Counted from the first letter of the stretch, positions 9,651-18,778 are shown. The stretch: DNA of 64,000 bases from Deltaproteobacteria bacterium (GCA_016874975.1 VGSQ01000002.1:98-64097), one strand, 5' to 3'. Notes: a model not told the origin generated them from the sequence alone. Translations and numbers: made by a program.

Positions 9651-9858
9651 CGTGCCTCCCTTTGACTGACATGCCTGCCACTTCCGACCCGCCCCACGGT
9701 CTCGGGAAGACCTTTCCCGGACGCCGGAGGGCCTTCGTAGCAAGTATCGGACCTGCCGGGAAGAAATATTACCGAATCCGTTCCCATACGGGTCAAAACC
9801 GCAGTTTTTTCCAGAAGCGCCGGCTTCAGGGCGATGGCGCCGAAACCGACGCTCCCCA

Positions 9859-11385
9859 TCAGGGTCCCACCCGCTCCTTTTCCCGGAGGATATAGGTGAG
9901 AAGTTCCTTGGCGAAGGGGGAATAAAGGTGGATAGACTCCGGTTCCAGTCCGATGTTGAGATATTGGAGCCGTAAAAAATCCCCGTCCGGGGCAAATTGC
10001 GGCAGGACGCCGGAAAAGAAGAAGCCGTCCGCTTCGGCGGCCTCGCACAGGTGCGGGGCGCCGCCTTGCCCCAGCGGCAGACAAAGGCCCACCACTTGGG
10101 CCCCCGCCAGGTCGCAAAGGTCACGGCGGGCCTGGATGATCTTCGGCCGGGTATCGCTGCCGATGCGGTTCACCTGGATGGTGCCGACACCCGAAACCTG
10201 GTCAAAATGAATCTTTATTTCCCCGGGGCCCGTGGGCAGGGTCGGGTCCAGAAATTTCGTTTCCACCTCCAGGTTCCCATAAATTTTCGTCAGCATTTCC
10301 CGGTGCCGGGGGGGTGGGAAGAGAGTTTTGGGCGCAGGCGGCGCCAGGTAATGAAAGATGAACACCAGGGTTTGCCGTTGGAGTCCGGGATCAGCTTCCC
10401 TTTCCCATGAGCTGGAGGGCCCATCCCGGCGCGGGAGCCTGTTAAAATGCAGTTCCAGGTCCGAAAGCTTGAGGCCGGTGACGCGATAGCCCAGACCGAC
10501 GGCAATCTGCTGGCTGATGGTGTGGATGGTGACCGCCTCGCCGAACAGACCGACCAGCCCCAGAGTCTGAATCTCGGCCTGGAGGCGTTGCCCCAGGAGT
10601 TTGGTTAACCCCCGGCCCCGGTGGGCCGGCGCCACCATAAAAGCGCCGACCGATCCCAGAGGACCGAGGTCCCACCGCGTCATCCCCAGATGCGCTGCGA
10701 ATTCCCCGTCCCCGGCCACGGCCACCACGCCCACCAGCCGACCGGTGGCCAGGTCGTGATCCAATCGGTCCGGATAATAGAAATCCTTGTGGGGGTAAGT
10801 ATAGCCGTAAACGCGATAGATTAACTGGGCGACCCGGAGGCCCTCTCCCGGCCGCAGCAGCCGGACGGTGTAGGTCTCGGGGGCCGCCGGTTCGGCCGGT
10901 TCGAGGCGGTCGCCGGCCGCTTCGGCCTCCGGGGGCGGCGGGCCGCAGACCCCGGTCAGGTTCTTGGTGAGGCGCAATTCATTGCCCTCCACCCCATGGT
11001 AGCTCCAATGCACTTCGTCGAAGCAGGAAGAGACGGAGGCCATTCCCCGGCAGACCGGGGCCGGACTTGCGGGGTCGGGGGTGGCGTCCCTGACCCCCTG
11101 CATCTGGTAGAAAGGCAAACCCTGATCGCCGAGGGACAGGACCAAAGTCGTCGGCGTCAAGGTCCCCGACAGTTTCAGAGTGCCGGGATTCTCGGCGTCG
11201 AAGGCGTGCTCGACGGCATTCCGGCAGGCCTCCCAAAACGCCAGGGAGAGGGATTCCCTCTGATCTTCGGGAAGTCCGGCCAGGCGTGTCAGGCCCCGCA
11301 CATAATCCTGCACCAACTGCTGCATCCGCATCGCCGCCGGCAGGGTTAGTTCGGTTTGCACTATGGAAGCCACAAGGCGCCTCAC
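9859..11385 (-). CDS. Fusion protein: RsbW/SpoIIAB-like HATPase (anti-sigma kinase-like) N-terminus + GNAT N-acetyltransferase domain + C-terminal uncharacterised domain
   Basis: N-terminal LAFWEACRNAVEHAFD (HATPase_c N-box-like). Central GNAT acetyl-CoA motif VAPAHRGRGLTKLLGQRL. 508 aa. Confidence 0.65.
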   Translation of the reverse strand: MRRLVASIVQTELTLPAAMRMQQLVQDYVRGLTRLAGLPEDQRESLSLAFWEACRNAVEHAFDAENPGTLKLSGTLTPTTLVLSLGDQGLPFYQMQGVRDATPDPASPAPVCRGMASVSSCFDEVHWSYHGVEGNELRLTKNLTGVCGPPPPEAEAAGDRLEPAEPAAPETYTVRLLRPGEGLRVAQLIYRVYGYTYPHKDFYYPDRLDHDLATGRLVGVVAVAGDGEFAAHLGMTRWDLGPLGSVGAFMVAPAHRGRGLTKLLGQRLQAEIQTLGLVGLFGEAVTIHTISQQIAVGLGYRVTGLKLSDLELHFNRLPRRDGPSSSWEREADPGLQRQTLVFIFHYLAPPAPKTLFPPPRHREMLTKIYGNLEVETKFLDPTLPTGPGEIKIHFDQVSGVGTIQVNRIGSDTRPKIIQARRDLCDLAGAQVVGLCLPLGQGGAPHLCEAAEADGFFFSGVLPQFAPDGDFLRLQYLNIGLEPESIHLYSPFAKELLTYILREKERVGP

Positions 11386-11566
11386 TGACAGAAATTCCGG
11401 CGGCGGTGCTTACCGGGCTCGGAAAATGGGTGGTCCCGGATCGCGGCGCCTCTAACAGCGGGGGGCAAAGGTGGTCAGCTTCTGCCCCCTCACCCCCAGC
11501 CACCGGCCATCCCTTTATAAGCGGGAGGCATGTCCGACCCGCCGCGCCGGGAGCGATCCACAGGTC

Positions 11567-11998
11567 TCAGGGCCGCATCTCCTCCAGGGCGGCCTTCACT
11601 TCCTTGGGATGCGTCAGGCCGTACCAAAACATCTCTTCCCCCCCCTGCCGCCGGGACACGACCACGTTGCCCACCTGGAGCAACGTCTGGGTGAGCCCTC
11701 GCCGGATGGTCACGGCGCCCACGTTCTCCCAGGGCAGTAATTCTTCCTGCGGAGGCCAGCGCCAGACCTTCATGAGACCCCGGGGGGTGGCCCGGTACTC
11801 CTGGCCGAAGAGGTGGTAGGCCACCCCGACGGCGATGAGCAGACCCACCAGCCATCCCAGCCACACCGGCACCCCTACTGCCGGGTTGATGAGGGGCCCG
11901 AAAAAGGCAATGGCCATGGCCACATAATAGACGAAAAAGGCCCGGGTGCAGGGCCGCCAGACCCGACTTTCCGCCGACGCCGTCTTGTTCTCCGTCAT
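11567..11998 (-). CDS. Membrane protein with bacterial PH (bPH_2, YdbS/YdbT-like) domain
   Basis: Two N-terminal TM helices (FFVYYVAMAIAFFGPLI, WLGWLVGLLIAVGVAY) followed by a ~70-aa soluble domain, as in bPH_2 proteins. Confidence 0.55.
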   Translation of the reverse strand: MTENKTASAESRVWRPCTRAFFVYYVAMAIAFFGPLINPAVGVPVWLGWLVGLLIAVGVAYHLFGQEYRATPRGLMKVWRWPPQEELLPWENVGAVTIRRGLTQTLLQVGNVVVSRRQGGEEMFWYGLTHPKEVKAALEEMRP

Positions 11999-12258
11999 CG
12001 CTCCTCCGCACTTGCGCCGCCTGCCGCTCCGGGGCCATACGGTCTGAGGCCGGGCGGCTGCCGCACGGTGCTTATTCTATAATATCATGATGTCGGGGTC
12101 CTCATCCTTCTTCTTGCAAAACAAAAGCACCGCTGGTTGCACAAAGTCCCCCGGCTGGTTACCATAGCAGCATCGCCATGGGAGGGCATAGGACCGCTCG
12201 GGATGGCGCCGCCGGCAGAGCGGCTGGGCGGCCCTCTCCCGACGCTCGGGGTAATTCC

Positions 12259-13032
12259 ATGCTTGGCCGGCTGGCTGTCTACATGATTCTGGTCTGGGTG
12301 AGTCTCCTCTTCGGCGCCGTGGGTTCGGGTCCGTTTCCCGCCATGCTGTGGGCCCAGGAGACGGGCGGAGACCGGGCCCGCCTACTCCTGGAGCAGGGCG
12401 ACGCCCGGTTGCGGCAGAAGGACTATCAGAAGGCCAGGGTTTATTATCAACAGGCCCTGAAGGCCGACCCCAACCTGACCGAGGCCCATTTCGGGCTCGG
12501 TCTGTCCTTCGCTGGCCAGGAACGCCTGGAGGAGGCCGCGGCGGCCTTCGCCGAGGCCGTGCGCCTGCGCCCCAACTGGGCCCGGGCTCAGAACAACCTG
12601 GGGGTGGCCTATCTCAAACTGAAGCGCCTGAGCGAAGCCCTCCTGGCCTTCCGCACCTCCCTGCGCCAACAGCCCGGCGACCCGGAAACCCACTACAACC
12701 TGGGGGTGGTCCTGGGCGGACTGGGACGCCATCAGGAAGCCCGGGCCGCCTTTGCCGAAGCCGTGCGCCTCAAGCCCGACTATGCCCAGGCCTGGAAAAA
12801 CCTGGGCATGGCCTATCTGAAGCTCAACCGCCCCAAAGAGGCCCAGGGCGCCTTCGAGACTGCCGTGCGCCTAGGCCCTCGGGACCCCGAGGCCCACTTC
12901 GGCCTCACCCTCGCCCTGGCGCACCACGGCGACGGCCAGGGGGCGCAAAAATCCTACCAGACCGTCAAAAGCCTGGACCCGCAGATGGCCAGGAGACTGG
13001 AGGAAATGCTCCGCCCGGACCGGAGCCGATAA
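12259..13032 (+). CDS. TPR-repeat protein with N-terminal signal/anchor
   Basis: Start chosen at MLGRLAVYMILVWVSLLFGAV. Six or so 34-aa TPR units (AHFGLGLSFAGQERLEEAAAAFAEAVRLRPNWARAQNNLGVAY...). Confidence 0.85.
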   Translation: MLGRLAVYMILVWVSLLFGAVGSGPFPAMLWAQETGGDRARLLLEQGDARLRQKDYQKARVYYQQALKADPNLTEAHFGLGLSFAGQERLEEAAAAFAEAVRLRPNWARAQNNLGVAYLKLKRLSEALLAFRTSLRQQPGDPETHYNLGVVLGGLGRHQEARAAFAEAVRLKPDYAQAWKNLGMAYLKLNRPKEAQGAFETAVRLGPRDPEAHFGLTLALAHHGDGQGAQKSYQTVKSLDPQMARRLEEMLRPDRSR

Positions 13033-13034
13033 CT

Positions 13035-14099
13035 ATGATAGAAAACCTCGTCCGTCAGGTGCAGGCCAACTGTCAGGTGGCCAACGCCTCCCAGGCCGGC
13101 AATTTTTCCCTGTGCGGCCTGCTGTTGCGCCTGCGCCAGCTTTATAAATGGGAGCACGGCCTGCTGCCCTGGCAGGAGCCCGAGCCCGCCCCCGTGCTGG
13201 CCTGGGTCGAAAGCCAGGAAAACCTCTGGGAATCGCTGGAGGGGGAAGCTCCCGCCGCCCTAAGCGTCAACGGCTCCCTGGCCGACCCCTTTGCGGTGGA
13301 CACCCTCAACGCCTGGCTGAAGGCCCACGGCCTGGCCTACGGGGCCGGCCTGAGCCGGGGGCTGGCGCCCACCTTCTTTCTGGGCGAACTGGCCCAGGTC
13401 CGCCGCCTGGGGGAAGCCACCGTGTTCATCCTGGACCGGGAGCTGGCCCGGGACCTGGACGGCAGCCCCGCCCTGTGCCAGGACACCCTGATCTACGTGC
13501 GCCGCCAGACCCTGGCCTTCTACCTCTGGGACCGGCTCTCCGATCCCACCCAGCAGGGCAATCGCCTGGTCAACGCGGCCCTGGAAAGCCGGGGCCTCAG
13601 CCTCCTGGACCTGCTGCGTCAACCCCACCGCCATCAGGCCCGGTTCCAGGACCTGCTGGCCGACGAAGTGGAGTCGGCCCTGCACCACGAACTGGGCGAG
13701 CTGGGGGAAAAAGGGATGCGCCAGGCTTTTTACGCCCTCCTGGAGCGCTTTCCCCAGAGCCGGGCCGAAGTCTGGGGGCGCGGCCTCAAGGACGCCCTGG
13801 CCGAAGTGAGCGACAGCGGCCGCCTGGCCTATCTCATCCGGGAGCGGCGCTTCGCCTCCCTGGCCCTCTTCCTGGCCTGGCAGCCGGGCCTCTATCCGCT
13901 CCTCCTGCCCGAGCTGGAGCCGGCCTGCCGGGAACTCAGGGACGGCGGCTGGGAGGCCCTGGAGGAGGCCCGGGGGCGGGCCCTGGAGCGTCTGCGGGGG
14001 ATTGCGGCCGAACTGCAGGACCTCCTGGAGGCCCGGCGGTCGGACTCGGAAACCCAGGCGGAGCTGGACCGCCGCTTCCTCCAGCCGCTGGGGCTCTAA
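13035..14099 (+). CDS. Conserved hypothetical protein (354 aa), co-operonic with the TPR gene
   Basis: ATG 2 nt after the TPR stop. Starts MIENLVRQVQANCQVANASQAGNFSLCGLLLRL. The long N-terminal extension in ORF 12348..14099 overlaps the TPR gene out of frame and is rejected. Confidence 0.6.
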   Translation: MIENLVRQVQANCQVANASQAGNFSLCGLLLRLRQLYKWEHGLLPWQEPEPAPVLAWVESQENLWESLEGEAPAALSVNGSLADPFAVDTLNAWLKAHGLAYGAGLSRGLAPTFFLGELAQVRRLGEATVFILDRELARDLDGSPALCQDTLIYVRRQTLAFYLWDRLSDPTQQGNRLVNAALESRGLSLLDLLRQPHRHQARFQDLLADEVESALHHELGELGEKGMRQAFYALLERFPQSRAEVWGRGLKDALAEVSDSGRLAYLIRERRFASLALFLAWQPGLYPLLLPELEPACRELRDGGWEALEEARGRALERLRGIAAELQDLLEARRSDSETQAELDRRFLQPLGL

Positions 14100-14274
14100 A
14101 GTTCGGAGCACCGGCAGACCTGCGCCTTATCCCAAGACTTTTTCACGACTTGTCCTTTCCCCCGCCTTGGACTATAATGAATTGAAATATCTGTCTGTCT
14201 TTGAAACGTTCCTTACTTCCCTTTCCCCCGGTGGGAGGGGGCTAGGGGGTAATTCTGACCTGGAATTTTCTCTC

Positions 14275-14322
14275 GTAGGGCGCGTCTTACGCGCCAAAGC
14301 TGGTGCGTGAGACGCACCCTAC
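14275..14322. repeat. Double-hairpin copy of the GTAGGGTGCG...CGCACC intergenic repeat (module R1)
   Basis: GTAGGG-CGCGTCTTACGCG-CCAAAGCTG-GTGCGTGAGACGCAC-CCTAC. Two inner hairpins (GGCGCGT/ACGCGCC and GGTGCGT/ACGCACC) nested in an outer GTAGGG/CCCTAC inverted repeat. Confidence 0.8.
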
Positions 14323-14356
14323 ATTCATTGTCATTCCCAGACTCTCCGGCGCCGAC

Positions 14357-15904
14357 ATGCTCGATCCCCATGCCCAAAAAGTCCTGATACTGGATTTCGG
14401 CTCCCAGTACACCCAGCTCATCGCCCGGAGGGTGCGGGAGCTCAAGGTCTACTGCGAGATCCATCCCTACTTCATGCCCCTGGACCGCATCCGGGCCTTC
14501 GCCCCGGGCGGCATCATCCTGTCGGGCGGCCCCCGCAGCGTCTACGAGGACGACGCGCCCTTGCTCGACCCCGCGGTCCTCCACCTGGGGGCGCCGGTGC
14601 TGGGCATCTGCTACGGCATCCAGCTCCTGTGCCACCTCCTGGGCGGGAAAGTGGTCCCCGCGGTCTCCCGGGAATACGGCCGCAAGGCCTTTGAAATCCG
14701 GGACGCCCAGGATCTCTTCTACGGCCTGCCGGTCCGGGAGACGGTCTGGATGAGCCACGGCGACCGGGTGGATGAGGCGCCTCAGGGCTTTGAGATCATC
14801 GGCGCCAGCGATTCCAGCCCGGTGGGCGCGGTGCGGGACGCAGGCCGCCGCCTCTTCGGGGTGCAGTTCCACCCCGAGGTGCACCACACCCCCCGGGGCA
14901 AGGAAATCCTGGCCAATTTCCTCTTCCGCATCTGCGGCCTCAAGCCCCTGTGGACCATGGCCTCCTTCATCGAAGCCACCACCGAGGCCATCCGCCGGGA
15001 GGTGGGGGAGGACCGGGTCATCTGCGCGCTGTCCGGCGGCGTGGACTCTTCGGTGACCGCGGTGCTGGTGCACCGGGCCGTGGGCGAGCGCCTCACCTGC
15101 ATCTTCGTCAACAACGGTCTCTTGCGCCACCGGGAGGCCGAAGAGGTGCTCCACCTCTTCCGGGACCAGCGCCACCTCAACATCATTTACGTGGACGCCG
15201 CCGACGCCTTTCTGGCTCGCCTGGACGGCATCACCGACCCCGAGGAAAAGCGGGTGCGCATCGGCCACGAGTTCATCCGCATCTTCGCGGAGGAGGCCCG
15301 CAAATTGGGGGGCGTCAAGTACCTGGCCCAGGGGACGCTCTATCCCGACGTCATCGAAAGCGTCTCCTTCAAGGGGCCGTCGGCCACCATCAAGACGCAC
15401 CACAACGTGGGCGGCCTGCCTGAGGTGATGCCCCTCCAACTCCTGGAGCCGCTCCGGGAGCTTTTCAAGGACGAGGTGCGGGAGGTGGGCGCGGCCCTGG
15501 AGCTGCCCGACTCCCTCATCTGGCGCCACCCCTTCCCCGGCCCCGGCCTGGCCATCCGCATCCTGGGGGAGGTCACCCCCGAGCGGCTGGCCGTGCTGCG
15601 GGAGGCGGACGCCATCGTCATGGAGGAGATGGAGCGGGCCGGCGTCTACCGTCAGGTCTGGCAGGGGTTCGCGGTGCTGCTGCCCATCCGCACGGTGGGG
15701 GTGATGGGGGACGAGCGCACCTACGAGAACGTCATCGCCCTGCGCATCGTGGACTCCCAGGACGCCATGACCGCGGACTGGACCCGCCTGCCCCACGATT
15801 TCCTGGCCCACCTCTCCAACCGCCTCATCAACGAGGTCAAGGGGGTCAACCGGGTGGTGCTGGACATCTCGAGCAAACCGCCGGCGACGATTGAATGGGA
15901 ATGA
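14357..15904 (+). CDS. guaA: GMP synthase (glutamine-hydrolysing)
   Basis: Start at [28 protein letters not shown]. GATase and ATP-PPase (SGGVDSSV) motifs. Ends with the canonical PPATIEWE. Confidence 0.95.
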   Translation: MLDPHAQKVLILDFGSQYTQLIARRVRELKVYCEIHPYFMPLDRIRAFAPGGIILSGGPRSVYEDDAPLLDPAVLHLGAPVLGICYGIQLLCHLLGGKVVPAVSREYGRKAFEIRDAQDLFYGLPVRETVWMSHGDRVDEAPQGFEIIGASDSSPVGAVRDAGRRLFGVQFHPEVHHTPRGKEILANFLFRICGLKPLWTMASFIEATTEAIRREVGEDRVICALSGGVDSSVTAVLVHRAVGERLTCIFVNNGLLRHREAEEVLHLFRDQRHLNIIYVDAADAFLARLDGITDPEEKRVRIGHEFIRIFAEEARKLGGVKYLAQGTLYPDVIESVSFKGPSATIKTHHNVGGLPEVMPLQLLEPLRELFKDEVREVGAALELPDSLIWRHPFPGPGLAIRILGEVTPERLAVLREADAIVMEEMERAGVYRQVWQGFAVLLPIRTVGVMGDERTYENVIALRIVDSQDAMTADWTRLPHDFLAHLSNRLINEVKGVNRVVLDISSKPPATIEWE

Positions 15905-15940
15905 TAATCATTTTCTATCTAACCAAACAGGAGAAACAAA

Positions 15941-16276
15941 ATGTATGAGGGTTTATGGACAGTTGAATTTATATCGGAGATGAATCGAACTGGCAAGGGT
16001 GTAATAATATTAACGAAAGATGGGCGCCTTTTAGGGGGCGATTCCGGTTATTACTACTCAGGCACATATAATATTGCTAACGATAACAAAATATCTGGTC
16101 AAGTTCTTGTCATCAGATATAATCCTAATGCCATGTCTGTCCTAGGAGATAAAAACAATTTTAAGCTTTATTTTACTGGTCAAATTGATAATCTTCATTT
16201 GTCGGCAACCGCTAAGACCCAAGAAATGCCTCAATACACAATGAAAATTATTGCTAACAGGAAGGCTGATTTTTAA
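15941..16276 (+). CDS. GrlR-like (lipocalin-like beta-barrel) small protein; candidate antitoxin/partner of the downstream RSH protein
   Basis: AGGAG RBS and AT-rich codons. The pattern GLWTVEFIS..G.GVIILTKDGRLLGGDSGYYYSGTY...VLVIRYNPNAMSVLG parallels the GrlR family (G.Y...FIS...G.G...I..G...GGD...Y.G......RYN...SVL). Similarity judged by eye only. Confidence 0.55.
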   Translation: MYEGLWTVEFISEMNRTGKGVIILTKDGRLLGGDSGYYYSGTYNIANDNKISGQVLVIRYNPNAMSVLGDKNNFKLYFTGQIDNLHLSATAKTQEMPQYTMKIIANRKADF

Positions 16277-16278
16277 CA

Positions 16279-16911
16279 ATGAAATATAATATTGAAGAAA
16301 TTTATGCGGAATATAAAATAAGAGAAGAGAATGCCCTGCTTCTCATTGAGGAGGTTAAATTTATTATATTAGAATGTATCAATAGGGAAAAAATTAATAT
16401 TCACTCATTAAAGAATAGATTCAAAGAGTTTGATTCATTTTTAGGCAAAGTAGAGAGGAAAAAGTCAGAAAATCCCTTTCATGAAATATATGATTTAATA
16501 GGTTTTAGAATTACCTGCTTGTTTCTGGAAGACATTCAAAACATTAGTGATTTGCTAAAAATAAATTTTGAATTAATAGAAACTTTTGACTCTATGGAAG
16601 AAGGAGATTATGATGTGTTTGGATATATGGCTTGTCATCATAAGGCCATGCTAAAACATAATTCAAAATTTAATGGAATAGCAAAAAATTACCCATTTGA
16701 GATACAAGTTATGACTATTGCTAAAAATGCCTGGGCCTCTATTTCCCATCACCTTTTTTATAAAAAGGAGTTTTTCCTCCCGGACAACCTGAAACGAGAT
16801 TTCCATGCCTTGAGTGCTTTGTTGTATATTGCTGACAAGCAATTCTCATTACTTCGCAAAGAGCAATTTGTATATTATTTAGAACAAGTTGATAAATTGA
16901 ATGGGGACTAA
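16279..16911 (+). CDS. Stand-alone RelA/SpoT-homologue synthetase (nucleotidyltransferase) domain protein, small-alarmone-synthetase/toxSAS-like
   Basis: Ordered RSH synthetase motifs SLKNRFKEFDSFLGKVERKK, YDLIGFRITCLF, FGYMACHH, FEIQVMTIAKNAWASISHHLFYK. No HD hydrolase or C-terminal regulatory domains. Starts 2 nt after the upstream ORF. Confidence 0.8.
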   Translation: MKYNIEEIYAEYKIREENALLLIEEVKFIILECINREKINIHSLKNRFKEFDSFLGKVERKKSENPFHEIYDLIGFRITCLFLEDIQNISDLLKINFELIETFDSMEEGDYDVFGYMACHHKAMLKHNSKFNGIAKNYPFEIQVMTIAKNAWASISHHLFYKKEFFLPDNLKRDFHALSALLYIADKQFSLLRKEQFVYYLEQVDKLNGD

Positions 16912-16913
16912 TA

Positions 16914-17939
16914 GTGAGTAATAGTAGACCATCGGTCAATTTTTTCCGAGAAATATTAGGACAAATTCAGGTCTTAATATATTTGAAAACAGCCTTGCAG
17001 GTTGGCCGCCTGGCCCACGCCTATCTGTTCCTGGGTCCCGAAGGGGTGGGCAAGGCCTCCACCGCCCGGGCCCTGGCCGCGGCCCTGAACTGCGAGAGTC
17101 TGCGGGAGGACGGCGACGCCTGCGGGAGGTGCCCCTCCTGTCGCCGCCTGGCCGCCGGGACCCATCCCGATTATCTGGAGATTTTTCCCACTTCCGAGGG
17201 CCGGCAGCCTCAGATCAAGATCGAACGGATTCGCGATCTGCGTCGCCTCACGGCCTATCCGCCCCTGGGCGGCGGCTGGCGGGTGGTGCTCATCAAACCC
17301 GCGGAAGCTTTGAACGACGCCGCGGCCAACGCCCTGCTGAAGACCCTGGAGGAGCCCCCGGAGCAGAACCTGTTGGTGCTCACCGCGGGGGTGGAGGACA
17401 ACCTGTTCCCCACGGTGGTCTCCCGCTGCCAGAAGCTGGCCTTTACGCCCCTGCCCCTCCCCCTGATCCGGGATGAACTGGCGCGGCGGGGCGCCGAGCC
17501 CGCCCAGGCCGGCCTGCTGGCGGCCCTGAGCGGCGGCTCCCTGGCCCGGGCGTTGGCGCTCAATTATGACGAGATGGTGGAAAAGCGCCGCCAGGTGCTG
17601 GCCGACCTGGAGCAGCTTGCGGACGGCAACACCGCGCCCCTGCTGGACTGGGCCCAGCGTCTGGCCAAGCAGGCGGGCGAGGCGGAGGCCTTCCTGGGGC
17701 TGGCCGCCCTGTGGCACCGGGATCTTATCCTCCTGGGCCAGGGCGCCCCGGCGGAGCTGCTGGCGAACCGGGACTGCCTGCCGGAGATGGAGGCAGCCTG
17801 CCGCCGGCAGCGCCCTGGGGTCTGGTTCCGCCGCTTCGCCGCCATCGCCGCGGCCCAGCGGCATCTCCGGGCCAACCTCAATCCCGAACTGACCCTGGAC
17901 TTCCTGGGACTACATCTCCGAGGAGGCCCTACCCCATGA
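16914..17939 (+). CDS. holB: DNA polymerase III subunit delta-prime
   Basis: FREILGQ...GRLAHAYLFLGPEGVGKA Walker-A-like region, Zn module CESLREDGDACGRCPSCRR, and SRCQKLAF. GTG start 2 nt after the RSH stop. The first ~20 codons are AT-rich. Confidence 0.85.
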   Translation: MSNSRPSVNFFREILGQIQVLIYLKTALQVGRLAHAYLFLGPEGVGKASTARALAAALNCESLREDGDACGRCPSCRRLAAGTHPDYLEIFPTSEGRQPQIKIERIRDLRRLTAYPPLGGGWRVVLIKPAEALNDAAANALLKTLEEPPEQNLLVLTAGVEDNLFPTVVSRCQKLAFTPLPLPLIRDELARRGAEPAQAGLLAALSGGSLARALALNYDEMVEKRRQVLADLEQLADGNTAPLLDWAQRLAKQAGEAEAFLGLAALWHRDLILLGQGAPAELLANRDCLPEMEAACRRQRPGVWFRRFAAIAAAQRHLRANLNPELTLDFLGLHLRGGPTP

Positions 17940-18772
17940 ATCTGGTCAAAATCCGTCTGGAAACCGGCCAGCGGTGCTGCCAGACCGTGCAGATGGCCCA
18001 GGACGTCAAGCCCGGGGACCAGGTGGTGGTGCAGACCGACGAGGGGCAGGAAATGGGCACCGTGTTAACGGTGTTCACGGACGAGTCCCTGCAGAAGGCG
18101 GCCTCCCGCTGTCCCAGCGTGGTCCGTCTGGCCACCCTGGAAGACCTGGCCCAGGTCCAGAGGAACCGGGATCAGGAACGCCGGGCCTTCGGCTTCTGCC
18201 AGGAGCGCATCCAGGCGCGGCAGCTTCCCATCCACCTGGTGCGGGTCGCCTGCCTCTTCGACGCCAGCAAGATCATCTTTTATTTCACCGCCCCCGGCCG
18301 GGTGGATTTCCGGGAGTTGGTGAAGGATTTGGTCCAGGAATTCCGCACCCGCATCGAACTGCGGCAGATCGGCGTGCGCCACCGGGCCCGCATGGTGGGG
18401 GGCATCGGCATCTGCGGCCAGATGCTCTGCTGCGCCAGCTTTCTCAAGGACTTTGAGCCCGTGTCCGTGCGCATGGCCAAGGAGCAGCAGCTCAGCCTCA
18501 ATCCCAGCAAAATTTCCGGAGTCTGCGGCCGGCTGATGTGCTGCCTGGTCTATGAATATCACTCTTACCAGGATCTCAAGAAGCATCTGCCCCGGGTGGG
18601 CAAGAAGATCAGGCTCCCCGAAGGCGAAGGCGAAGGCAAGATCATCCGTTACAATCTGATCCGCCAGACCGTGACTCTGGAAAGCGCAGAGGGCGAGGAG
18701 CTGGAGATTCCCCTGTCCCAACTTTCACTGAGCAACCACCTCCGGGACCTGGAGGGCGACGAGGGGAAGTGA
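17936..18772 (+). CDS. PSP1 domain protein (YaaT/RicT-like)
   Basis: ATGA overlap with the holB stop. Has ACLFDASKIIFYFTAPGRVDFRELVKDL and the Cys-rich GICGQMLCCASFL...CGRLMCCL motif. The holB-yaaT synteny is conserved in many bacteria. Confidence 0.85.
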   Translation: MNLVKIRLETGQRCCQTVQMAQDVKPGDQVVVQTDEGQEMGTVLTVFTDESLQKAASRCPSVVRLATLEDLAQVQRNRDQERRAFGFCQERIQARQLPIHLVRVACLFDASKIIFYFTAPGRVDFRELVKDLVQEFRTRIELRQIGVRHRARMVGGIGICGQMLCCASFLKDFEPVSVRMAKEQQLSLNPSKISGVCGRLMCCLVYEYHSYQDLKKHLPRVGKKIRLPEGEGEGKIIRYNLIRQTVTLESAEGEELEIPLSQLSLSNHLRDLEGDEGK

Positions 18773-18778
18773 GGCGCC

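Noticed and set aside
12348-13034. N-terminal 229-codon extension of ORF 12348..14099
   Set aside because: It overlaps the TPR gene in another frame and is Pro/Gly/Arg-rich. A well-placed ATG at 13035, 2 nt after the TPR stop, gives a sensible start.
17711-17935. N-terminal extension of the PSP1 ORF overlapping holB
   Set aside because: It is out of frame with the holB coding sequence and Pro/Gly-rich. The ATG at 17936 forms an ATGA overlap with the holB stop, and the conserved sequence begins there.
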